A DNA stretch of 13,530 bases from Candidatus Iainarchaeum sp. (GTDB taxonomy: Archaea > Iainarchaeota > Iainarchaeia > Iainarchaeales > DTGL01). The position numbers were made by a program, and so were the translations under genes. The stretch lies in assembly GCA_038736825.1 (NCBI GenBank), contig JAVYME010000001.1, positions 1 through 13,530 on the forward strand. Direction: 5' to 3'. The notes below the pieces were generated by a model. It was given only the letters and a program-made list of their open reading frames with translations, made no database searches and was not told where the DNA came from. This document shows positions 7,430 to 13,530 of the stretch, one piece after another; within the stretch, counting starts at the first letter, position 1; each line of letters begins with the position of its first letter.

Positions 7430-7538
7430 CCGCAAAAGGAGCATGCCTGGTAACAGCAAAAACCACTGAAACCACAAAACAAGCAGTTTTCACTGCAAAC
7501 TAACAACAAAAAATACTGCAAAAAAAAAACAGTTAGCC

Positions 7539-7548
7539 TTAAATATAA
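7539..7548 (+). promoter_or_regulatory. Archaeal TATA-box-like element upstream of the second pilin-like gene
   Basis: ttaaatataa is centred about 31-32 nt upstream of ATG 7575, in the largest intergenic gap of the window. This fits a transcript with a very short leader. Confidence 0.4.
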
Positions 7549-7574
7549 CCTGAGCAGTCATTATCATTGGTTAA

Positions 7575-8183
7575 ATGAATTTTTTAGGGGTGAAGAAAGT
7601 GTTTTTTTTGGGACAAAAAGGACAAGCCTTTTCTACATTCAAATTGTTGATTGCTGCAATTGTGGCAGTAGTGATACTGGTTATTTTGCTTTCAATTTTG
7701 GGCATAATAAATTTTTCGCCCAGAAACCAGCCGATTGTGGGTGCAACTGATGCTTTAAAGGAAGCATACCAGACAAAGACTCTTCTTTACACTAGCCGAG
7801 AGCCAGTGACTTTCACAAGGGATAACAGTATTATTACCAGCATGGCAATAGTGGAAAGAGCAAATGTTGGGTTGGCTGAAGACCAAGTGTGCTTGAGTTT
7901 GGGAGAATTGACAGATGCTGCCTCATTAGCTGGGTTTAAAGGAAATGATGAAGGCGCTTGGAAAAAAATAGAATACACTGCTGGCGGTCAAAGGAACGTA
8001 AAGTTTGCAGTTCTATGCATGGAGGGAAAGAGCATTCCAGACCAGGTTGGAAGCGACCAGGTTGGAAGCGGCAACACCTATCAAGATATAGACGAGGCTT
8101 GGGTTGAAAACTGCCCTTGCGTGAAGGATAAAACCATTAACAAAGACATTTGCTGCGTTATAATGCTAAAGTATGCAAGGTAA
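7575..8183 (+). CDS. Pilin-like protein with class III signal peptide (KGQ|AFS type)
   Basis: 202-aa ORF. The N-terminus is MNFLGVKKVFFLGQKG|QAFSTFKLLIAAIVAVVILVILLSILGIINF. The KGQ-x-S context followed by a ~25-residue hydrophobic helix resembles archaeal type IV pilin/Epd-type prepilins. The C-terminal half is Cys-containing (VCLSLG, AVLCMEG, NCPCVKD, DICCVIMLKY). A GTG at 7590 (giving MKKVFFLGQKG|Q) is an alternative start. Confidence 0.65.
   Translation: MNFLGVKKVFFLGQKGQAFSTFKLLIAAIVAVVILVILLSILGIINFSPRNQPIVGATDALKEAYQTKTLLYTSREPVTFTRDNSIITSMAIVERANVGLAEDQVCLSLGELTDAASLAGFKGNDEGAWKKIEYTAGGQRNVKFAVLCMEGKSIPDQVGSDQVGSGNTYQDIDEAWVENCPCVKDKTINKDICCVIMLKYAR
8040..8069 (+). repeat. Perfect 15-bp tandem duplication (gaccaggttggaagc x2), in frame inside the pilin-like gene (DQVGS-DQVGS)
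   Basis: Unit 1 is 8040-8054 and unit 2 is 8055-8069. They are identical when read directly from the sequence. Confidence 0.9.
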
Positions 8184-8206
8184 AAAAAAAAACAGAATGG
8201 AACAAA

Positions 8207-8845
8207 ATGGTTTCAAAAAAACCCGCGGGCTTTTTTCAAAAAGCCCGTTCTTTTTTTTATCGCGGCCTTGAAGGAATTGCAGTTGAAGAGTTCAGGGAGA
8301 AGGCTGGCGAAGAGGCAAAAAAATCTGCAAAATTTTTGTTTTTAGCCTTTTTCTTTATTTTTGCCCTTTTTGTGCTTTCAAGCCTTGTGCCATTGGAGTG
8401 GAGTGAAAGGCTTGTGGCAAACACTGTGCTTTACGGCTTGAACTCGCAAGGCTTGAAGGGCAGAATTGAAGCCTCTCCCACTGGAGATGCTGTCCTGATA
8501 TTATTGGAAAACGGTCCAAGAATAGAAATATCGTATCTTTGCACTGGGCTTTTGGAAACAATATTGCTTGCTGGAGTTATTTTAGCCTCTGCAGGCATTC
8601 CAATATATAAAAGAATAATTGGTGTGATTGTTGGAGGGATTGCTGCAATGGTTTTAAACCTTGCAAGGATTTTCATCACTATTTTTTTCATTTACAATTC
8701 TGGCATTGAAACAGTGGAATTCATTCACGATTTTTTTTTCCGTGCCTTCCTGTTTGTTTCGGTTTTCTGCATTTATGCTTTTTGGTTTAAGTGGGCGACA
8801 GGCGGTTTCAGTGAAAGGCAGTCTGTAAAAAAAAAAACAGGTTGA
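8207..8845 (+). CDS. Exosortase/archaeosortase-family integral membrane protein (short form, ~212 aa)
   Basis: The track gives a TTG at 8150, which overlaps the previous gene. The first in-frame ATG after that gene's stop is 8207 (MVSKKPAGFF...). The protein is multi-pass hydrophobic. It has the family-like signature order Cys in EISYLCTGLLETILLAG (codon 8540-8542), Arg in AMVLNLARIFITIFF (8666-8668), then IHDFFFRAF (His 8726-8728, Arg 8741-8743). This resembles the CSG ... N..RI ... H/R motifs of exosortase/archaeosortase enzymes. Recognised by eye only. Confidence 0.65.
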   Translation: MVSKKPAGFFQKARSFFYRGLEGIAVEEFREKAGEEAKKSAKFLFLAFFFIFALFVLSSLVPLEWSERLVANTVLYGLNSQGLKGRIEASPTGDAVLILLENGPRIEISYLCTGLLETILLAGVILASAGIPIYKRIIGVIVGGIAAMVLNLARIFITIFFIYNSGIETVEFIHDFFFRAFLFVSVFCIYAFWFKWATGGFSERQSVKKKTG

Positions 8846-8859
8846 AGCCGGGATTAATG

Positions 8860-8896
8860 AAAAAGTATAATAATAACTATTGAGCATTAATTAACT
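8860..8896 (+). promoter_or_regulatory. AT-rich candidate promoter region for the untracked giant ORF
   Basis: Two TATA-like strings are present: agtataataata (about 8864-8875) and ttaattaa (8887-8894). A weak SD-like aaggga (8914-8919) precedes ATG 8927. I cannot tell which element, if either, is used. Confidence 0.25.
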
Positions 8897-8926
8897 GGCT
8901 CTTCATTGCAATCAAGGGATTCAAAT

Positions 8927-11900
8927 ATGGGTGTTTCTGACTCTTTGAGCGGTATTTACATTAAGGCAGAGGATGCCTGGTACAAGCTGGTGGACTCGCT
9001 TTCAGAAAAAGGCATTCCATTATATGCTTACACTGATTTTTTGGACAAGCGCGGCATTCCAAGTTTTCCTTTCACAATTGCCCTCATATTCATTTTGTTG
9101 GCGCTTGCAATTTTTTTCCTTGCAGGAAACAATGTAGAAGTGAACCTCAGACTGCGCTTTTCCGACGAAGAAGGAAATCCAGTAAACGATGTTTCAGTGT
9201 CTGTTTCATATGATAGTGGCACAGCAATAGGGAGCCAGAAAATGGCAAGCAATTCCACTTGGACTATTAAAAACGTGCCAATGAACTCTAAAATTGTTGT
9301 TTCTCCGAGAAAAGAGGGCTTTGAACCTCCAAAAGAGCAAACCATTGTTGCTGACGGGCGAAAAGAACACCCTCTTTCTTTTTCCTTTAAAAAACCGCGC
9401 ACTTACATTACCGGCTTACTGCAAGTGAAATCTTCCACTGGCACAACAATAAAGAACGCTGAATGCCTTGTTTTGACTGATGAAAAACGCCAAATAAAAG
9501 GCTTGCAGGTTGAAGACAAGATTTCTTTTGCCAACGTGCCAGCCGGCATTCCGGTTGTTTTGACTTGCAGTGCAAGTGGGTATGAAAGCATAGATGAAGA
9601 GGAAGTCATATTCAAAAAAGACACTGTTTACTTTGTTTCAATGAATCCCAAAACCGCAGGTCTTGAAGGAAAAGAGCGCGTGAACGTGCTTTTCAGGTTG
9701 CTTGACAAGGAATCAAAAGAACCAGTGGGAATTGCCAAAATCAGGATTTTCAAAGAAGGCGATGAAAAGCCATTGTTTGAGGATGAAACAGATGAAACAG
9801 GAGAGTATGTTGCAGAGATTTTAGCTGGAACCATAATAAGGGCTTCAATTGAAGCCCAAGGCTATATTTCAAAAAACACTGATCCTGTCACTGTTGTCAA
9901 AGAAATGCCTCCAATAATTGTATTAATGGAATTGGGTGGCAGGACTGTTTCTGTCACAGTTGTTTCAAAAACCGGACTGCCAGTGAATGACGTGATTGTT
10001 TCATTGTACACTGAGGACGGCGTTCTAATTGAATCCAAAAAAACCACTAGCGGGCCTTTTGGCGGAAACGCTGTTTTTGCAAACTTGGATCCAAACAAAA
10101 CCTATTACCTTACTGCATACAAGCAGGGTTTTTTGCCAAAGCGCGTCAAATTCTCTCCATCAGAAGAACCTGACTTGAAAATAGAGCTTGAAAACGCAAG
10201 CCCGAGCAATTCTGCAAGGCTTACTCTCACGGTTTTGGATTCAGAGGGCTTGCCTGCAAAAAATGCAAAAATAAGGTTTTATGCATTAGAGGGTGACAAA
10301 AAGGTTCCGCTTGGCATTCCACAAATGGAAACAGACATGCAGGGAAAAGTCAGCGTTATAGTGCCAGAAGGCAAACTGTTAGTGGAGGCAGAAACAGACA
10401 CTGAAATCCAGAGAAAAGAGTTTGACATCAAGGCGGGCAATGATGTCACTGACACGATTTCAATGGAGCGCAAACCCAACCTTGTGGAATTAAAGTTTTT
10501 GGATGACGAGGGAAACCCGATAAAGGGCGACATCATAATTCGCTCTAAAAGCGGGGAAATTCTTTTCAAGGGGCGTCCCTCCAAGGACGGAACAGTGGTT
10601 TTTGACGCAAAGGGCAATGAAACCTTTGACGTGGAAGTCACAACTGATAACGGCAAAAAGTTCACTGAAGAGGTTAGGATTGGGGGAGAAAAAAAAGCCA
10701 CTGTCACAATTACAACAACTGAAGCAAAGCTTTTCCCAAAAATAGAGTTTGCTGGAGTGTTTGACGGAAAAGGGCAAAAAGTGGAAGGCATTTCAAGAGG
10801 AGAATTTTACTGGCTCAAGTTTGTTGTTTCCTGGCAGAGCAATGAACAGGCAGGCGTTCACATAAGGCTTGGCGAAGACGAAAAACCCTTTGCTGAATCC
10901 ATGGAATTCGGTGTTTACGGGTTTGATGCTGTTGCCAGAAGGTTTTTTTACGGGAAAAGCTATCAGCCTCCCTTGGGCACAAGGGAAGACAAAGCCAATT
11001 CTGGAACCGCGGGAGAAAAAAACAAGTTTGTTGAATTGTATTTTGACCAGCCAGCGGACCAGCAAGTGATAAAGGTTAAAGTGAAAGCCAACGAAATTGG
11101 CACTGCAACAAAAATGCCTGTTTATTTCAGGGCTTGGGTGAAAGCAGGCACTCAATATTACAGGGATCCCGAAGACAGCGAGCTTGAAAAGGCATTGAGC
11201 ACAAACACCAAGGCATCCCTTTACGCTGCCACCAAAAAAGAAGAAGTCAAAATCTTTTCCTCAAAGCCAAAGTGCGCTGAAGGAATATGCATTGAAGCCT
11301 CCTTCTTTGATGATGAAAGCAGAGAGCAAAAAAGCCAGGATTTCAGGGCAGTGATTGGAAGAAGGTATGCAATAGAGGCAAGGGTTAGCGCTGACGCTGT
11401 AAAAACCGTGGAATTGACTGCAGAAACAACAGAACAGGAAAAAATAAGGTTTTCAGAATTCAGGGAGGGCACAAGCACTCTCTGGCCTGATTCAGGCTAT
11501 GACAAGCAAAGCGTTTCAATAAGCGGATTGCGGGTTTCAGAGTCAACCACTGCAAGAGCAAGAGCCTATTTTGAGGCAAAAGCCCAAGGCACTGGATATA
11601 TTAAAATAACAGCAAGAGAAGGCGAAAAACAGGCAGAGCAAAAGTTTTATTTCAAGATAACAGGCATAAGGGAAATGGATTTAGTGCTTGCAGGCAATGG
11701 TTCCATAAAACCGGGTGAAAAGCTCTCACTAACCTTAAAAGAAAAAGAAACCGGTTATGCATTGACAGACGCACAATTCACTGTTCTTTCCGGTGAAAGG
11801 CCTGTTCTTTTCTTTAAGGGAACAGGTGAGGAAGGCAATGGCCTTGACGGCAAATATCTTTTGGGAACCGAAACACTTGGCCCTGGCGCTTACAAGTTGA

Positions 11901-13530
11901 TTGCTTCAAAGCGCGATTACCAGGACAAGCAGGCACAGTTCACTGTATCAATTGAAAACATTTTGACACTGGAAGGCGAGCCAGAGTTCTTCCTTGACAA
12001 AGCCAAAACACAGGCAACCTTTCCACTTACAATAAAAAACAATGTGGCAACAGCAAAAGTGGAATCCCTTTCATACGAATTTTATCCTCAAAAAGGCTGG
12101 CTTGAAAACTTTTCGCTTGAAGTGCCGCTTCCAAGCGGTGGAATAAGAGGCGGAGGCTCAGTCTTTCCAGTGCTAAAAGCAGCATACATTGGAAGCGAGC
12201 CAAATGCAAGCGTTCACGCTGAAGGCGAACTCTTAATCAGGGGAGTTTTAGACACTGGCTTGGTTGCAGAGGCAAAAACCCAAGTGAAGGCAAACTACAA
12301 CAAGCCAGTGCCAAGCGAATGCCTTGAAATAAAGCCTTCAACAGTTGAAGCCTCCATTCTGGGAACAGCGAATTCAACCACAACAGTTGAAATTACAATA
12401 GAATACAAAGCCTCGGAAAAATGCAGGGACGCTTTATTGCTTAAAACCAGTGCAGAGCCAAAGCGAAAAACCGAACAACCACTGAAAATAACAGCGCCGG
12501 ACATAAAAATTTCCCCAGGGGAATCAAAAACAGTGGCAATCACTATAACAAATCCAATTGAAAGGCAAACAGAAGGAATGCAGTCAGCGGATTACACTTT
12601 AACAATTGAATCCGAAAAAGTAACCAAGAGCGCTTTGCTGAAAGTCTACTTTGTAAACCCGTATTTTTCGCTTCAAACAAACGACAACATTCCCATTTTT
12701 GCAACCTTGGGCGAAGACGGCAAAGTAAGAGGGCTTGCCCCATTATACATAAGCAATGTTGGCAGGAAAACAATTGAAAACATAAAAGCAAAAGAAAGCG
12801 GACTCATCACAAAAAAACATCCCTTCAATGTAAGAATCAGGCCTTCAGAGATTGCACTTGCGCCGCAAGCGGAAGCAATTGCAACCCTGAAAAGCGGGGA
12901 ACAAATAACACCTCCATGGATTATAGAAGTAACATCCGATGCAGCAACCTATGAAAGCGAATACGAAATATACATTGACATTAGCGGCACAATTGACGGC
13001 AAAAACTATAATCCAATGAAAACCATAAAAGCAATAGTAAAAGTCTCCATTTCGCAATGCTTAAAACTGATTTCAGCCGCAGGCGGCTTGGAATTCTCAA
13101 GCCCGGACAGCTCGCAAGGAGTAATATCAAAAAAAGTAACATTGAAAAACCAGTGCGGGGAAGGACTCAGAAACATAGAAATCCTGCCAGCAAGATTTGG
13201 ACAAAACGAGATATCATTATACAGAGCCAATGCACTCAACAGCCTTGGCATTGGCGAAGAAGCAGAATTCCAGGTAAGGCTTACAAAAAGAAGCGATTAC
13301 TTCAACCAGTCAAACCCTGAAACAATAATTGCAAGAGGCTTGCTTGAAAACAGCCAGGAATTCATAGAATCAAACCCGTTATCCATAATAATAATGATAG
13401 GACAGGTTCCGGAAACAGCGCCAGGCCCATCATTTGACGAAGTACAAATACCTGTCTGCGAATCCGACACCAAAGAAATCAAAGCCGTAAGGTTCCCTCA
13501 AACTGCAAGAGAAGCAGAATGCGAAAGAGC
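8927..13530 (+). CDS. Giant surface protein, 3'-partial (>1534 aa): N-terminal cytoplasmic segment, one signal-anchor helix, six tandem Ig-like repeats and further Ig/CARDB-like domains. Not present in the supplied ORF track.
   Basis: I translated the frame starting at ATG 8927 codon by codon to 13528 and found no stop. An in-frame stop lies upstream at 8888-8890, and a TTG at 8906 is an alternative start. The N-terminus is MGVSDSLSGIYIKAEDAWYKLVDSLSEKGIPLYAYTDFLDKRGIPSFPFTIALIFILLALAIFFLAG (helix about 9065-9127). The rest is beta-rich and shows RNY-type codon periodicity. All track ORFs in 9028-13482 are on the opposite strand, are 60-170 aa long and are rich in Phe, Ser, Leu and Cys, as expected for antisense shadows. 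Confidence 0.85.
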   Translation, partial: MGVSDSLSGIYIKAEDAWYKLVDSLSEKGIPLYAYTDFLDKRGIPSFPFTIALIFILLALAIFFLAGNNVEVNLRLRFSDEEGNPVNDVSVSVSYDSGTAIGSQKMASNSTWTIKNVPMNSKIVVSPRKEGFEPPKEQTIVADGRKEHPLSFSFKKPRTYITGLLQVKSSTGTTIKNAECLVLTDEKRQIKGLQVEDKISFANVPAGIPVVLTCSASGYESIDEEEVIFKKDTVYFVSMNPKTAGLEGKERVNVLFRLLDKESKEPVGIAKIRIFKEGDEKPLFEDETDETGEYVAEILAGTIIRASIEAQGYISKNTDPVTVVKEMPPIIVLMELGGRTVSVTVVSKTGLPVNDVIVSLYTEDGVLIESKKTTSGPFGGNAVFANLDPNKTYYLTAYKQGFLPKRVKFSPSEEPDLKIELENASPSNSARLTLTVLDSEGLPAKNAKIRFYALEGDKKVPLGIPQMETDMQGKVSVIVPEGKLLVEAETDTEIQRKEFDIKAGNDVTDTISMERKPNLVELKFLDDEGNPIKGDIIIRSKSGEILFKGRPSKDGTVVFDAKGNETFDVEVTTDNGKKFTEEVRIGGEKKATVTITTTEAKLFPKIEFAGVFDGKGQKVEGISRGEFYWLKFVVSWQSNEQAGVHIRLGEDEKPFAESMEFGVYGFDAVARRFFYGKSYQPPLGTREDKANSGTAGEKNKFVELYFDQPADQQVIKVKVKANEIGTATKMPVYFRAWVKAGTQYYRDPEDSELEKALSTNTKASLYAATKKEEVKIFSSKPKCAEGICIEASFFDDESREQKSQDFRAVIGRRYAIEARVSADAVKTVELTAETTEQEKIRFSEFREGTSTLWPDSGYDKQSVSISGLRVSESTTARARAYFEAKAQGTGYIKITAREGEKQAEQKFYFKITGIREMDLVLAGNGSIKPGEKLSLTLKEKETGYALTDAQFTVLSGERPVLFFKGTGEEGNGLDGKYLLGTETLGPGAYKLIASKRDYQDKQAQFTVSIENILTLEGEPEFFLDKAKTQATFPLTIKNNVATAKVESLSYEFYPQKGWLENFSLEVPLPSGGIRGGGSVFPVLKAAYIGSEPNASVHAEGELLIRGVLDTGLVAEAKTQVKANYNKPVPSECLEIKPSTVEASILGTANSTTTVEITIEYKASEKCRDALLLKTSAEPKRKTEQPLKITAPDIKISPGESKTVAITITNPIERQTEGMQSADYTLTIESEKVTKSALLKVYFVNPYFSLQTNDNIPIFATLGEDGKVRGLAPLYISNVGRKTIENIKAKESGLITKKHPFNVRIRPSEIALAPQAEAIATLKSGEQITPPWIIEVTSDAATYESEYEIYIDISGTIDGKNYNPMKTIKAIVKVSISQCLKLISAAGGLEFSSPDSSQGVISKKVTLKNQCGEGLRNIEILPARFGQNEISLYRANALNSLGIGEEAEFQVRLTKRSDYFNQSNPETIIARGLLENSQEFIESNPLSIIIMIGQVPETAPGPSFDEVQIPVCESDTKEIKAVRFPQTAREAECER
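9134..10720 (+). repeat. Six divergent tandem ~85-90-aa Ig-like repeats (CarboxypepD_reg / Cna-B-like pattern) at the protein level
   Basis: Units start near 9134, 9404, 9674, 9941, 10211 and 10478. Each has the pattern hydrophobic strand + D/S-x-x-G-x-P-(V/I)-x-x-A/V-x-(V/I) ... G ... hydrophobic strands ...G(Y/F)... Examples: LRFSDEEGNPVNDVSVSV, RLLDKESKEPVGIAKIRIF, VVSKTGLPVNDVIVSLY, TVLDSEGLPAKNAKIRFY, KFLDDEGNPIKGDIIIRS. The DNA-level identity between units is low. Confidence 0.6.

Noticed and set aside
7219-7503. The track ORF 7219..7503 (94 aa) as an independent gene
   Set aside because: Its first ~50 codons are nested out of frame in the PKD-protein gene and give an Arg/Lys/Ser-rich product. 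It has no plausible start context. Only the last ~45 codons look coding, and I interpret those as a possible frameshifted C-terminus of the upstream gene (see findings).
33-7521. Minus-strand track ORFs overlapping the first four genes (for example 33..254, 2323..2910 at 195 aa, 3947..4330, 5335..5658, 6912..7235 and 7216..7521)
   Set aside because: They are antisense shadows of long + strand genes that have recognisable domains. Their products are Leu/Phe/Cys/Arg-rich with no domain-like or TM-like organisation.
8150-8206. TTG at 8150 as the start of the archaeosortase-family gene
   Set aside because: It would overlap the last 34 nt of the preceding pilin gene and add a non-hydrophobic MLRYNAKVCKVKKKTEWNK extension. 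The in-frame ATG at 8207 lies just after the upstream stop, so I prefer it. The start remains uncertain.
9028-13482. Seventeen minus-strand track ORFs of 60-170 aa (for example 10279..10791, 10793..11155 and 9028..9402), which are the only track entries in the last 4.5 kb
   Set aside because: They all lie antisense to one continuous + strand ORF (8927 to the window end). They are short and fragmented. They translate to low-complexity Phe/Ser/Leu/Cys/Pro-rich strings typical of the reverse complement of an A/G-rich coding strand.
1-13530. A bacterial (Tad/T4P or CPR) origin for the locus
   Set aside because: The pilin-like leaders are KG|Q/M type without the bacterial G|FTLIE (Glu5) signature. 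TATA-like boxes sit at archaeal spacing. The sortase-like enzyme looks exosortase/archaeosortase-type. However, exosortases also occur in bacteria, so this rejection is provisional until the contig is placed phylogenetically.
1-13530. CRISPR arrays, tRNA/rRNA genes, IS elements, integrases or inverted terminal repeats
   Set aside because: I saw no spaced direct repeats, cloverleaf-capable GC-rich segments or transposase/integrase-like ORFs. Intergenic space totals only a few hundred nt. The many poly-A runs are compositional and mostly encode Lys.

Overview
All credible genes in this window lie on the + strand, which is A-rich and low in GC. Every minus-strand ORF in the track looks like an antisense shadow. 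I read the window as an archaeal cell-surface and adhesion locus built around a type IV pilus-like system. The archaeal assignment rests on class III (KG|Q-type) signal peptides, an archaeosortase-family gene and TATA-like boxes about 27-32 nt upstream of two ATGs. A DPANN-like or small-genome symbiont origin is inference only.

Gene order:
1. The 3' part of a FlaJ/TadC/PilC-like membrane platform gene, open to the left edge.
2. A small pilin-like protein.
3. A 1434-aa cysteine-rich giant. Its first ~140 aa resemble the two small pilin-like proteins. It then carries a CARDB-like Ig domain and three vWA (MIDAS) modules.
4. A secreted PKD-domain protein. Its obvious SD+ATG start (6030) is separated from the long ORF by an A8 homopolymer frameshift.
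5. A second pilin-like protein.
6. A short (~212 aa) exosortase/archaeosortase-family membrane protein.
7. A very large ORF starting at 8927 and still open at 13530 (1534 complete codons by my manual translation). It is absent from the supplied ORF track, presumably because it has no stop in the window. It encodes an N-terminally anchored surface protein with six tandem Ig-like (CarboxypepD_reg-type) repeats followed by further Ig/CARDB-like domains.

The most interesting hypothesis is a host- or substrate-attachment module that combines a pilus with a giant modular vWA pilin, an archaeosortase and a giant adhesin. I found no tRNA, rRNA, CRISPR array or mobile element. All family assignments come from motif recognition by eye and need HMM or structure confirmation.
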